From assembly GCA_030627385.1 (NCBI GenBank), contig DAOUSF010000004.1:1-33177 (forward strand): a DNA stretch of 33,177 nt, in the 5' to 3' direction. The notes under the pieces are model-generated. The model was given only the letters and a program-made list of their open reading frames with translations. It searched no databases and was not told where the DNA came from. Within the stretch, counting starts at the first letter, position 1. Each line of letters begins with the position of its first letter. Both the position numbers and the translations under genes were made by a program. Positions 1-9,997 of this stretch are shown piece by piece. The stretch is from Methanosarcinales archaeon. Lineage in GTDB: Archaea; Halobacteriota; Methanosarcinia; Methanosarcinales; Methanocomedenaceae.

Positions 1-2040
1 CCCCACAACCAGGTGCCCGCCGCCGTTGATACTGGCCTCAGGTATTTCCTCCTGCAATTCCCTCACCATCTGAGGAATATTCATCAGCACACCCCGGCTC
101 CGCAGCACAGTAAAATCCGGGCCGTAACCCAGTGTCACGATCGCCTTACCAGGATACTTATGGCACAGTCGGTCATGCACCTCACCGCTGGTCTTACCCG
201 GCGGCGGGAACGTAAACTTATGAGCAAAATTCTCCACATCCAGTACATGCAACAGCGCCCCGCTTGGCAGTTCCTGGGTCTTGACCGACGGCAGTGAAGC
301 CTCAAGCTGCCTCTCGATGGCCTCGTTGGCCTGCTTCACCAACAGCGGCACCAATTCCCTGTGCCTCTTCAGATTACCCAGGTTCAGGACATCATAGTTA
401 ATACTCTTTCCCTCACTGAACCGCAGCCAGAAAGCTTCATAATCCAAAGCCAGCGCCATATCTTTCAGGTCATCCAGGCTGTAGCGCGATGCCACCAGTT
501 CAATATACTTTGCGGCCTCGGGCGCTTCAGAGCGATCGCCCACAGCCGAAACTCCTGGCAAATGTTTAATCTCCTCAGTCACATCAGGATTTATCATCCT
601 TGCAATCTCGGTACCCAGCATGCCCGTAGTTATGCCGAAATCCCCGCCCGCATGGGCCGGGTTCACATGGGCCAGCAGGTACTGGTCTACCACATCGTCG
701 GGATGGTGATGGTCCACCACCACCATGTCCATACCGTACACCTTGGCCTGCAGCATAGCAGGCACATCCTCCTCAGTACTCCCGTTATCCATCAACAGCA
801 CCAGCGGCATTTTCTGCCCGTGCCTCTCATTATCAGCCGTGGCAAAGGAAATGTCCCTGGTAATATCCACCATCTCATAGAACGGTGCCTTGCTGGGTGA
901 ACGTCTGTAAAAATGATATCCTGCATCCGACCCGCCCACTTCCTGTATCAAAGGTATCACCGCTTTCTCGATAGCAATGGCAGAAGTGATGCCGTCGGCA
1001 TCTGCATGATGGCGCAATACAATAGGTCGTGAATGGAAAATAGCCCTGCGTATCTCCTTGGCAACCTGGCGCATCTTTGGTCGCAGCGCTTCCAGTATCG
1101 GGCTATCGACCAAGAACTCAATTTCATGGGGCAGGGAGCGCTTATCCAGGGCATTCTCTATCTCCCCTTTGATAGCAGCCGACTCCGCCCCCAACATCTG
1201 CCTTATTTCCCTTATCTCGATCTGCAGTTCGCTGTTCCTTACGCTAAGCTCACCCACCACCTTTGCGATCATATCAGATTCTATCTCAGGATATGAACGC
1301 TGGCCCGCCTTTTCAAAGGCCGCACAGGGTACTGCCCCGGTCTCATCCGCCAACGTAAATATTGTCGGGCCGCCTGTTTGCTTTATCTGGATGACCTCAC
1401 CCGAGATATGCACCAGTTTGCTGATATGATCTCGAAGCCCGGATACCTGGGTACGGGGTATATCCTTTTCAATCTGGAGCAACTGGTATTCCCGGAGGCT
1501 CACAGGCACAAGGTCTATGTTGCCGTTAGATGCAATATTCTTCACCTGTACAAAGATTGTCTCCCCCACTTCAGGGGTTCTAGTCAGGTGCTTCTCGTGT
1601 GCCAGCCCGCGGGTACGCGGGTTCAGGTTCACGAAGGCACCGAAATTGGCCAGGCTGTCAACCACTCCCTCATATATCATACCCATCGCCAGGTCAGAAG
1701 TATCGCAGGCAGGACTCAGTTTATGAACCAGCGGTTTTTTGGCGCAGGAAGCACATACATCACCTTGTGTATCAGCATCAAGGGGCTGGCCGCATATACG
1801 GCAGTTTGCCAACTCACCCCTGCCGCCGCATACCTCGCATTTTTGCTTCACTGTAATGGTCCCGGTTCCGCTACACTTCTGGCATTTTCCCCCGCCTTCC
1901 AGCAGGCTTCCCAGGTCATTTTCTGTCATTTTGGTAAGGTCAAGACTCTTAGGTTTGCCTGATCCCTTGCAGTCTGGACATTCCTGCTTAGAGGTATCAA
2001 TATATCCTGTGCCCTTACATGCTTTGCATTGTTCGCTCAT
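1..2040 (-). CDS. RecJ-like DHH exonuclease with N-terminal DnaJ-type zinc finger and S1/OB domains (COG1107/HAN type); 3' end runs off the window
   Basis: Absent from the ORF track because it has no stop in the window. Manual translation from ATG 2040: MSEQCKACKGTG..CPDCKGSG..CQKCSGTG..CEVCGGRG (CxxCxGxG repeats), S1-like GVVDSLANFGAFV, RHHADADG, VDHH, and DHHA1-type NGGGHLVVG at the window edge. Confidence 0.93.
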   Translation of the reverse strand, partial: MSEQCKACKGTGYIDTSKQECPDCKGSGKPKSLDLTKMTENDLGSLLEGGGKCQKCSGTGTITVKQKCEVCGGRGELANCRICGQPLDADTQGDVCASCAKKPLVHKLSPACDTSDLAMGMIYEGVVDSLANFGAFVNLNPRTRGLAHEKHLTRTPEVGETIFVQVKNIASNGNIDLVPVSLREYQLLQIEKDIPRTQVSGLRDHISKLVHISGEVIQIKQTGGPTIFTLADETGAVPCAAFEKAGQRSYPEIESDMIAKVVGELSVRNSELQIEIREIRQMLGAESAAIKGEIENALDKRSLPHEIEFLVDSPILEALRPKMRQVAKEIRRAIFHSRPIVLRHHADADGITSAIAIEKAVIPLIQEVGGSDAGYHFYRRSPSKAPFYEMVDITRDISFATADNERHGQKMPLVLLMDNGSTEEDVPAMLQAKVYGMDMVVVDHHHPDDVVDQYLLAHVNPAHAGGDFGITTGMLGTEIARMINPDVTEEIKHLPGVSAVGDRSEAPEAAKYIELVASRYSLDDLKDMALALDYEAFWLRFSEGKSINYDVLNLGNLKRHRELVPLLVKQANEAIERQLEASLPSVKTQELPSGALLHVLDVENFAHKFTFPPPGKTSGEVHDRLCHKYPGKAIVTLGYGPDFTVLRSRGVLMNIPQMVRELQEEIPEASINGGGHLVVG

Positions 2041-2105
2041 AGTACTTGAAACAGAATTTTATTATTGGAATCTTCAATAATTGTAATATTTAGTAATTAA
2101 AATTG

Positions 2106-3071
2106 TTAAAATTTTCGTTCTATCATATAATCCGCCAAAGCCAGCAGTATATCCTTAGCTTCAGTATCTGGTAGAATGTCCAGTTTAGCCTTACCCTCGG
2201 CAACAAAATTCCGTGCCGTAGTTAGGGCATAGTCGATAGAACCCGAATCCTCAAGTGTCTTCAGTGCATGGTCAATCTCTGCCTTGGTAGAGTTTCTTTT
2301 ACCGAACACATCCAGTTCCACATTATTCTCCCTGGCATGAATGGCAATCAGGGTCTGTTTACCTTCCCTCAGGTCGCTGCCCCTCATCTTACCCAGTACA
2401 TCCTCAGGTGTGACCAGGTCAAGCACATCATCAAATATCTGGAAACCCACACCGGCCAGGCGTCCGTAATCCCAGAGTGCATCAGCTTCTTCCTGGGTGC
2501 TGCCACCCAGGATCGCACCCAGTTTTGCAGATGCTGCATAGAGTACGGCAGTCTTTTTCTCCACCATTTCCATATATTCCTCCTCCGGAACATGTTTCCT
2601 CTTCTCGAAACTAATATCCATCCACTGTCCTTCGCAAATCTCTATACAGGTCATAGACATCACTGTAAGGCACTCGACCATGTGGACAGGGTCTGTTTTA
2701 CACTGGCTGAGGATATGGAATGCCTTGGAATACAACGTATCACCTGCAAGTATTGCACCCGATAAGCCCCACTTAACATGGACTGACGGCAGTCCCCTTC
2801 TTAATTCATCCTGGTCCATGATATCGTCATGTATCAAAGTGAAGTTATGGACCAGTTCAACAGCAGTTGCAGCCGGAATTACGCTGTCCGGATTCCCGCC
2901 TACAGCTTCCGTCGCAAGTATCAGGGTTGCGGGACGCAGTCGTTTTCCGCCGGCATCAAAGAGGTAGCGCATCGCACGGTAAAGTTCATCCGGGCGCCCG
3001 ATAGGCATTAGGTTGTGGATAGAACCATTTACCCGTTTTCCTCGTTTATCAATCTCCTTGATCAAGTCCAT
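2106..3071 (-). CDS. idsA: Geranylgeranyl diphosphate synthase (polyprenyl synthetase)
   Basis: GGKRLRP, first Asp-rich motif HDDIMDQDELRRG, GQWMD, KT, second Asp-rich motif FQIFDDVLD; last gene of the isoprenoid cluster. Confidence 0.95.
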   Translation of the reverse strand: MDLIKEIDKRGKRVNGSIHNLMPIGRPDELYRAMRYLFDAGGKRLRPATLILATEAVGGNPDSVIPAATAVELVHNFTLIHDDIMDQDELRRGLPSVHVKWGLSGAILAGDTLYSKAFHILSQCKTDPVHMVECLTVMSMTCIEICEGQWMDISFEKRKHVPEEEYMEMVEKKTAVLYAASAKLGAILGGSTQEEADALWDYGRLAGVGFQIFDDVLDLVTPEDVLGKMRGSDLREGKQTLIAIHARENNVELDVFGKRNSTKAEIDHALKTLEDSGSIDYALTTARNFVAEGKAKLDILPDTEAKDILLALADYMIERKF

Positions 3072-3101
3072 GAAAGTACCTCATTTACCTTATTAATATA
3101 T

Positions 3102-4442
3102 TTATTCGATAAGTATTTCTTCGCCGTTTCGCATAAGGTGGGTATTCTCACCAAAAACGTATCCTGCTTCCTCTGCCATTTCCAGATAATTACTATGCAT
3201 CATAATGTTCCCGTGTGCTGGTATCACGTGCTCGGGATTGATCATCCTTAGCAGTTCCCAGTGGTCTTCCCTGTATGCATGGCCTGAAACATGAACATTA
3301 TCATATATCCGGGCACCCTTCATCTTCAGTTTGGTCTCAAGTGAATATCGGTTCGCCCGGGTCATTGGATTCGGTATGATATTTGCAGAGAAGATCACCT
3401 TATCACCTTTTTCGATCTTATAATCTGTAGTGTCATGAGATATCCTTGTTAATATGGCACCCGGTTCGCCCTGGTGTCCGGTAACTATTGGCAGGTACTT
3501 TTCCTTTCCTTCCTTATTAATTCGTTTCAAGGCCTTGTCAATGGAATGACGTTGCCCGTACATCTCCAGGTTATCAGGGAATTTTAAAAATCCCATTTTT
3601 TCGGCAGTACCAACATACCTCTCCATAGAACGGCCCATTAATACAGGTATGCGGTCCATCTTTACTGCTGCTTCAATTATGGATTTTATCCTGGCAATAT
3701 GGGAAGAGAACGTTGTAACGATTACTCCGGATTCTGCCTCTTCAGTACCCAGCATCACATCAGAAACCATATCAGCAGCTATTTTTTCAGAAGGTGTTTT
3801 ACCAGACATTCCCGAGTTAGTACTTTCAGTGAGCATGGCAATAACTCCTTCTTTCCCTATCTGGCGCAGCCGGTCAAAGTCAGGTTGTTCGCCTATAACG
3901 GGCGTTCTGTCAAGCTTAAAATCATTAGCATACAGTATGATCCCTTCGGGTGTATGTATGGCCGCAAAAGAAGCATCGATGATACTGTGCTGTACCCGTA
4001 TCAATTCAATTGAAATATTCGGGCTCACTTTATGTATCTTCCCTGTTGCAAGAGCTTCTACTTTATTTTTAACCTGGTATTTCTTTTCATTCTTTACCTG
4101 TTGTTTAATAAGCTCTGATGTATATGGTGTTGAAATGATCGGGGCATCGTACCTGTGTGCCAGTTTTGGCAGGGCACCGATATGGTCGAGATGACCATGT
4201 GTACAAACGATTGCCTTTACATTCCCGTCAACCTGTTTCATAACCATATCATCAGGGATCACGCCCATTTTAATTAGGTCCCTGGAACTTTTCCTGTCTA
4301 TCTCGACATCTTCATGTATCTGTACCATGTCAAGTCGAAGTCCCATATCCATTACAACTATCTCATTACCCACTCTTATTGCTGTCATATTGCGGCCCAT
4401 TTCATTATAGCCGCCTACAGCTATGATTCCTATATCTGTCAT
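3102..4442 (-). CDS. rnj: Ribonuclease J (beta-CASP metallo-beta-lactamase)
   Basis: GGYNEMGRNM, THGHLDHIG, QHSI, DFK, ESTN, HVSGHA, PAHG; usual position between fni and idsA. Confidence 0.95.
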   Translation of the reverse strand: MTDIGIIAVGGYNEMGRNMTAIRVGNEIVVMDMGLRLDMVQIHEDVEIDRKSSRDLIKMGVIPDDMVMKQVDGNVKAIVCTHGHLDHIGALPKLAHRYDAPIISTPYTSELIKQQVKNEKKYQVKNKVEALATGKIHKVSPNISIELIRVQHSIIDASFAAIHTPEGIILYANDFKLDRTPVIGEQPDFDRLRQIGKEGVIAMLTESTNSGMSGKTPSEKIAADMVSDVMLGTEEAESGVIVTTFSSHIARIKSIIEAAVKMDRIPVLMGRSMERYVGTAEKMGFLKFPDNLEMYGQRHSIDKALKRINKEGKEKYLPIVTGHQGEPGAILTRISHDTTDYKIEKGDKVIFSANIIPNPMTRANRYSLETKLKMKGARIYDNVHVSGHAYREDHWELLRMINPEHVIPAHGNIMMHSNYLEMAEEAGYVFGENTHLMRNGEEILIE

Positions 4443-4492
4443 TAAAAATTCTCCTTCTAAATATTCATATATTCTACAACTGTTTTTCTCAT

Positions 4493-5587
4493 CTATCTAC
4501 ACGCAAACCGGGTAGTATCAAACCCGCGTTCATTTAAATACTCATTAGTTTTTCCTGTTATTACTACCCTGGATTGCATAAGCTCCCCAATGGTAGCATT
4601 GCCGGTCAGGAACATGGCAGTCTTCAATTCTTCCAGGAAGACACCAAGCCCGGCCTTCACATCTTCCGGTCCATTTAACGCCGGAACCACAAATGGCAGT
4701 GCTGCAGCGCATACGCTGGCACCTATTGCCAGGGATTTCGCCATATCTATTCCTGTGCGTATCCCTCCGGTTGCAATAACCGGCACTGAAATGTTACTCT
4801 CTATCACACTGATGGCCGTAGGTATACCCCAATCCCAGAACAGTTTACCCTGTTCTTCGTTCCTGGTATCGGACTGCTGCCTGGCCCTGTATACCTCCAC
4901 ACCAGCCCAGGTTGTACCACCCATGCCTCCAACATCTATGGCAGACACGCCGGCATCGCACAACTGTTGCGCTACCTCGCGGCTGATACCTGCTCCTGTT
5001 TCCTTGACTATTACAGGTATCGTAAGTTCGTCACAAACCTGTTTGATAAGTCCAACCCCCCCTCTTGCATCTGTATCACCTTCGGGCTGTACGGCTTCCT
5101 GCAGGAAGTTCAGGTGTATGGCCATGGCATCGGCATCTATCATTTCAACAGCCTGCCTGACCCCCTCAACCCCGTATTCCTTAAGCTGGGGCAAGCCAAT
5201 ATTCCCGTAAACAAAAGCATCGGGAGCGGCATCCCTTACTATCCTGAACGATTTCTCCTGGGTAGGGTCTTCGATGGCAGCCCTCTGGCTGCCTACACCG
5301 ATGCCTATTCCCATCTCCTGTGCGGCAAGTGCCAGTGCCTCATTCACTTTTGCAGTATCGGGATGGCCCCCGGTCATGGAAGCGATCAATAGGGGGAATG
5401 CCAACCTGTGACCAAGAAACTCAACAGAAGTATCTATCTCCTGCCTGTTGATCCCTGGCAGTGCATTGTGTACAAGTGTTATTTCCTCAAACCCTGTGCG
5501 CCTGAAATTGTGCTCATCCCTGTTTGCTTCCACATTTTGGTTAGCACACAATTCAAGATGTTCGATCTTCCTGTTTGATGTACTCAT
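4493..5587 (-). CDS. fni: Type 2 isopentenyl-diphosphate delta-isomerase (FMN-dependent)
   Basis: RKIEH, SMTGG, GVGSQR, HLNFLQE, VKETGAG, GGTTW, WGIPT, GGIRTG. Confidence 0.96.
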   Translation of the reverse strand: MSTSNRKIEHLELCANQNVEANRDEHNFRRTGFEEITLVHNALPGINRQEIDTSVEFLGHRLAFPLLIASMTGGHPDTAKVNEALALAAQEMGIGIGVGSQRAAIEDPTQEKSFRIVRDAAPDAFVYGNIGLPQLKEYGVEGVRQAVEMIDADAMAIHLNFLQEAVQPEGDTDARGGVGLIKQVCDELTIPVIVKETGAGISREVAQQLCDAGVSAIDVGGMGGTTWAGVEVYRARQQSDTRNEEQGKLFWDWGIPTAISVIESNISVPVIATGGIRTGIDMAKSLAIGASVCAAALPFVVPALNGPEDVKAGLGVFLEELKTAMFLTGNATIGELMQSRVVITGKTNEYLNERGFDTTRFACR

Positions 5588-5635
5588 GTTTCCCTTATTA
5601 TTATTATTATCCTGATTATTATTATTGTTAAGAAC

Positions 5636-6439
5636 TCACTTATCCTTTTGTATAAGTGTACCCGGTGTCGCACCATCCAGGAAGGCACGAACATTCCCTG
5701 GTATCGATGCATTGAATATCCGGCTGCTGATGCCCGACCTGTCAGCAAGGTCCACCAGTTCGGTTACTTTTCCCAGCATGCCACCGGTAACATCGATATG
5801 TGAAGACCCGCCAATATGGATCTTTACCTTCTCAAATGATGCAGGTGTTATCACAGGTACTGTGTGTCCTTTGTCATCCAGTACACCATCTGTCACGCTG
5901 GCGATACCGATACTTCCGGCACCTAGTTTTTGTGCAATATACGGCACAATCTGGTCACCGCTTAAGACGGCTGCACCTCTTGTTGCATCCATTACCACAT
6001 CACCATGAAGTACAGGAACCATCCCCCTCTCAAGCATTACAAAGATGTGACTGGTAAGCATTTCACTGATACGTCCGCAATCAAGCAAAAAACTACCGAA
6101 TGGATGCACAGGAACCGCTGGCATTCCAGCCCGGTTCAGGGCATCGACAACTATGTTGTTCAATATCCTGACACTACGGTGTGTTTCAATGACACCTTCC
6201 ATATCGAATTGTTCAGTGAGCCGATATTCCCTTGCAAGAGGATGCCCGAAAGAACCCGCACCGTGAACGACAATCAGGTTGCCTTTATTTGCACCTTCCA
6301 CAGCCATGCCCGCAATCTCACCTGCAATGCGATCGATCTCACCAGGCAGGGCCTTTGGGGTCTGGCTGGATTTTTCAGTAATAATGCTACCGCCTATCTT
6401 CAGTACGGTCAGGTCGGTCCGGTCAGTCAGGTATTTCAT
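5636..6439 (-). CDS. ipk: Isopentenyl phosphate kinase (amino acid kinase family)
   Basis: LKIGGSIITEK, VHGAGSFGH, HGDVV, SGD, DVTGGMLGK. Confidence 0.94.
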   Translation of the reverse strand: MKYLTDRTDLTVLKIGGSIITEKSSQTPKALPGEIDRIAGEIAGMAVEGANKGNLIVVHGAGSFGHPLAREYRLTEQFDMEGVIETHRSVRILNNIVVDALNRAGMPAVPVHPFGSFLLDCGRISEMLTSHIFVMLERGMVPVLHGDVVMDATRGAAVLSGDQIVPYIAQKLGAGSIGIASVTDGVLDDKGHTVPVITPASFEKVKIHIGGSSHIDVTGGMLGKVTELVDLADRSGISSRIFNASIPGNVRAFLDGATPGTLIQKDK

Positions 6440-7338
6440 TCAACTTTCACCCCTTCGTGAGTAGGACTTGTGATAATGGCCTCCCCGCCTGCAGAACTAA
6501 TCGCATCCGCCACTTCATCCGGGTGATCAGTGATAGCGACCATACAGCCCCCTCCTCCTGCACCTGTGGTCTTGGCACCCCATGCACCGGCACCCCTGGC
6601 AGCCCAGATAAGGTTTGAGAGTTCCCGTGAACCTACACCCAGTGCATCGAGCAGACCGTGGTTTATATCCATAAGACCGCCCAGTGCAGCGTAATCCCTG
6701 TCTTTGATTAATACTTCACCGTAACCGGAAAGGCTGCCAATGGTATTGATGATCTGGTCAATTGCTACAGGGTAATCCTCCTTGACCGACCTGACTAAAG
6801 CCACCAGTTCCCTGGTAGATGAAAACCTGCCTGTATAACCTATGACAATGGGACACCGGGGTAGTGACAAAATTTTCCTGCCAGGTATGGCCACCACGCC
6901 GCCCATTGTGGACACAAAGGTATCGGTGGGACTTGCCGCACCCTGTACCTTGCTTTCAATGGCATGCCCGATAGCAGCGATCTCATCAAGGGTATGGCCA
7001 GTATCGAATTGGATGGATAATGCATACAATGTTGCAATTGTCACCGCAGCCGAGGAACCGAGTCCGGAACCCACGGCTAAGTCGGATGTTATGTCGATCC
7101 TTACGCAACCGTTAAAGTATTTTTCCATTTCCCTGATACATTGGGTAATATAGGGGTGTCTTACAGTATCAAGGCCTGTTGTACCCAGACTTGAACTGAT
7201 AACGTGGTCGTTAGATGGCTGTACACTCACCCGTGTTCGCAGGTCCACTGCACACGCAATGGCCTTCTCACCATATACCACCGCATGTTCGCCAAAAAAA
7301 TATATCTTGCCGGGCGCGCTACAGGTAGTTATTGTCAT
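6436..7338 (-). CDS. mvk: Mevalonate kinase
   Basis: GHMP motifs APGKIYFFGEHAVVYG, GSGLGSSAA, GAGGGGC; 4-bp overlap with ipk. Confidence 0.96.
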   Translation of the reverse strand: MTITTCSAPGKIYFFGEHAVVYGEKAIACAVDLRTRVSVQPSNDHVISSSLGTTGLDTVRHPYITQCIREMEKYFNGCVRIDITSDLAVGSGLGSSAAVTIATLYALSIQFDTGHTLDEIAAIGHAIESKVQGAASPTDTFVSTMGGVVAIPGRKILSLPRCPIVIGYTGRFSSTRELVALVRSVKEDYPVAIDQIINTIGSLSGYGEVLIKDRDYAALGGLMDINHGLLDALGVGSRELSNLIWAARGAGAWGAKTTGAGGGGCMVAITDHPDEVADAISSAGGEAIITSPTHEGVKVE

Positions 7339-7350
7339 ACTAAAATTTTA

Positions 7351-8157
7351 TCACTCAATAATTATGCCCGCATATCCAACCACAGCAGATGTGTTACCAG
7401 TTACGTCACCACTGGTAGTATAGTTGAGCAGGGTACACTTTGAAGCACCCAGTGCTTTGGATGCCGTAAGCATTGCCGAGATGGGACCGTACCCGCAAAC
7501 CGATGCGTTTCTTTCTGCCAGACGTTTGTAGAACCCATCCACATCTAGTTCCAAGACCGGTTCGATAAGATAGTTATCGGTCTTTTTTGCCACACTATCT
7601 TCCACGTAATGGCTAAAGTCACTGGAAGCGATGATAACGATCCTGTCATCGCTGTCCTTTATTGCCTGTGCCAGCTGGTTCCCTACTTCTGTGGCAGTCT
7701 CCTGGTCCTGTAATCCCATGCATATGGGGACAATACTGAATTCATGGGAAAAACGGTACTGCAGGAAAGGTAGCTGGACCTCAATGGAATGTTCATACTG
7801 GTGTGCGCTCTCATCCAGGTCGATTATCCCACCAAGAAGTTGTTTCACCAGTTCTTTGTTGACAGGCACATCCCCGAATGGTGTATTCCATGTTTCCCTG
7901 GAGACAGCTACTACAGAGCCCAGTCCTGTATGGTTCGGACCCAGCAGCACGTATGTGTCAGCTTCCGGTAAAACAGAATAGACTTTAGCGGCAGTTGTAC
8001 CGGAATAAGTATAACCCGCATGGGGTACCACAGCTCCGGTAACGTCCCTTACAACTCCAGTGGTATTAGTGAAACACCTTTTTAATTCCCTTTTAAGGTA
8101 TTTCAAATCACTGGGGTAGAACTGTCCTGATACAGCTGTTCTCCTCAAATCCTGCAC
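7351..8157 (-). CDS. MEMO1/AmmeMemoRadiSam protein B family
   Basis: AVSGQFYP, PHAGYTYSG, GPNH, EHSIEVQLPFLQ, SSDFSHY, CGYGP, VVGY; GTG start. Confidence 0.93.
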   Translation of the reverse strand: MQDLRRTAVSGQFYPSDLKYLKRELKRCFTNTTGVVRDVTGAVVPHAGYTYSGTTAAKVYSVLPEADTYVLLGPNHTGLGSVVAVSRETWNTPFGDVPVNKELVKQLLGGIIDLDESAHQYEHSIEVQLPFLQYRFSHEFSIVPICMGLQDQETATEVGNQLAQAIKDSDDRIVIIASSDFSHYVEDSVAKKTDNYLIEPVLELDVDGFYKRLAERNASVCGYGPISAMLTASKALGASKCTLLNYTTSGDVTGNTSAVVGYAGIIIE

Positions 8158-8186
8158 CGCCTTACATAGTATGTTATTGGAATTAC

Positions 8187-8801
8187 TTATAGTTCTGTTT
8201 CAAAATCCTCTAACTTGTAATTAAAGGGAATGCTTTTCAATTCAGTGGTCTGCCTGGCTATCAGGTAATATACCAGTGAAAGGGCCTTTCGTCCCTTATT
8301 GTTTGTGGGGATTATCAGGTCCACGTTGGATGTGGAGTTGTTAGTATCACATAGTGCAATAACCGGTATGCCGATACTCACTGCTTCCTTAACCGCCTGG
8401 TTATCTCCATGCGGGTCTGTTACCACCACAATATCCGGTTCCGTATATAAATCCAGGCTCGGATTCGTAAGTGTCCCTGGTATGAACCGGCCCACTATGG
8501 CCTTGGCACCGATGGTCTTTGCCAGCATCTGGACAGGATGATGCCCGTACTGTCTTGCAGATACGATCAATATCTTAGTGGGATCATATTTTGCAAGTAG
8601 TGCTGCTACCAATCGTATCCTTTCATCTGTGGACTGGATGTCCAGTACATAAAGCCCATCTGTCCTAACCCTGTAGACAAACTTCATCATATCCTTTGTC
8701 TTCTGCTGGGTACCGATATGGATACCGGCTGCAAGGAATTCGTCCAGAGGAACTATGGAATCGTAACCTGCGTCCTTTACTACTTCAATATCACTTTCCA
8801 T
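8187..8801 (-). CDS. rps2: 30S ribosomal protein uS2
   Basis: [36 protein letters not shown]. Confidence 0.97.
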   Translation of the reverse strand: MESDIEVVKDAGYDSIVPLDEFLAAGIHIGTQQKTKDMMKFVYRVRTDGLYVLDIQSTDERIRLVAALLAKYDPTKILIVSARQYGHHPVQMLAKTIGAKAIVGRFIPGTLTNPSLDLYTEPDIVVVTDPHGDNQAVKEAVSIGIPVIALCDTNNSTSNVDLIIPTNNKGRKALSLVYYLIARQTTELKSIPFNYKLEDFETEL

Positions 8802-8887
8802 TTTTACACCTTTGAAATTATATTATTACTATTCAATTATTATTCAATTGTATTATTATTATTATTATTTAATATACTAATAATATA

Positions 8888-9079
8888 CTAATATTGTTTC
8901 ACTGCACTCAATCGTTTGACCGTTATAGGGATTGTTCCCATTTCAAGTTCCCTTAATGCAATATCAATTGGCTCGCCTGAGTCATCTTCCAGAAGCACAG
9001 GTGCTCCCATTGATATCTGCAAAGCACGTGCGCCGATAATGCGTGCACGTTCATAACGGGTTAATTTATCTTCTTTCAA
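8888..9079 (-). CDS. rpoK: RNA polymerase subunit K (Rpo6)
   Basis: [22 protein letters not shown]; TTG start preceded by GAGGTGG Shine-Dalgarno. Confidence 0.97.
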   Translation of the reverse strand: MKEDKLTRYERARIIGARALQISMGAPVLLEDDSGEPIDIALRELEMGTIPITVKRLSAVKQY

Positions 9080-9130
9080 TTATTCCACCTCAAAAATAAA
9101 CAGGAGTAACTGCATACTTTGAATGACAGT

Positions 9131-9210
9131 TTTAACTGATACGTTTAACTGATACATTCAAGTTATTCGTTCAACTAATACCTTACACTAAATACCTTAC
9201 ACTGAATACA
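9131..9210. repeat. Degenerate 13-14 bp tandem repeat, 6 units
   Basis: tttaactgatacg / tttaactgataca / ttcaagttattcg / ttcaactaatacc / ttacactaaatacc / ttacactgaataca, read directly. Confidence 0.8.
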
Positions 9211-9305
9211 TTTGCTCCCGGAATCCCTCCGGGAATGGTTACATATATTGTACATTGTATGTTTATTTTCCTTTTAGGGGTTTTGGATAATCATGATAAC
9301 CTGAA

Positions 9306-9380
9306 TGGGGTTGCTGAGATTCGAACTCAGGTTGCGGCGTCCCGAACGCCGTAGGATGGTCCAGGCTACCCTACAACCCC
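9306..9380 (-). tRNA. tRNA-Pro(CGG), intronless, CCA not encoded
   Basis: Acceptor stem GGGGTTG/CAACCCC plus A discriminator, anticodon arm CGGCG-TTCGGGA-CGCCG, T arm CTGAG-TTCGAAT-CTCAG. Confidence 0.96.
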
Positions 9381-9568
9381 TACTGGTATGGAGCGAAGGT
9401 ATCCACCAGTTTTATGTGGGAGAGCAACATCCTGCGGCAACAGTATCTATCAATACCAAGGTCGTCCAGGACTTTTCCCGGATCCTCAAATTCTGACACG
9501 CGCCTTTCATACTCTTCCCATGAACTGGCAATGACCTTCCCACATGTGAAACATCTTACCGGAATCAT
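9380..9568 (-). CDS. rpoN: RNA polymerase subunit N (Rpo10)
   Basis: [11 protein letters not shown] and [11 protein letters not shown] signatures. Confidence 0.98.
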   Translation of the reverse strand: MIPVRCFTCGKVIASSWEEYERRVSEFEDPGKVLDDLGIDRYCCRRMLLSHIKLVDTFAPYQ

Positions 9569-9577
9569 CTTAATGGC

Positions 9578-9982
9578 TCATCTATATGATTTCTGGGACT
9601 TGGCTCTTGCACCTGGTCCACCGAACTTCTTTGTTTCCTTCTGTCTGGAATCATTGACCAGAAGGCTCCTGTCATAAGCAAGCATGGCGTCCTTAACTGC
9701 CAGATCCCCGGTCCATTCTACGACACCTTTTCCAATTGCAGTCCTGATGGCATTTGCCTGACCCATTACTCCCCCGCCGCGAACATTTACATTAATGTCG
9801 ATCTTTGAGGATACACCATCTCCGATAAAGGCCACAGCTTCCAGTATCTTGAGTCTTGCTATGTCCGGTTCGTATATTTCTATGGGTTTTTTGTTAACTC
9901 TTATGCGGCCTACGCCTTCTGTGATCTTGGCCCTGGCAACGGCAGTCTTATTTTTTCCTGATGTATTGATGATTTTGACCAT
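9578..9982 (-). CDS. rps9: 30S ribosomal protein uS9
   Basis: [33 protein letters not shown]. Confidence 0.98.
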   Translation of the reverse strand: MVKIINTSGKNKTAVARAKITEGVGRIRVNKKPIEIYEPDIARLKILEAVAFIGDGVSSKIDINVNVRGGGVMGQANAIRTAIGKGVVEWTGDLAVKDAMLAYDRSLLVNDSRQKETKKFGGPGARAKSQKSYR

Positions 9983-9997
9983 TCATCTTCCTCCTGT

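Noticed and set aside
13-2080. Several plus-strand ORFs of 69-194 aa in the ORF track
   Set aside because: They are antisense shadows of the RecJ-like gene on the minus strand, which carries clear family motifs.
9131-9210. Repeat array as a mini-CRISPR
   Set aside because: Units are 13-14 bp, contiguous and degenerate, with no unique spacers and no cas genes.
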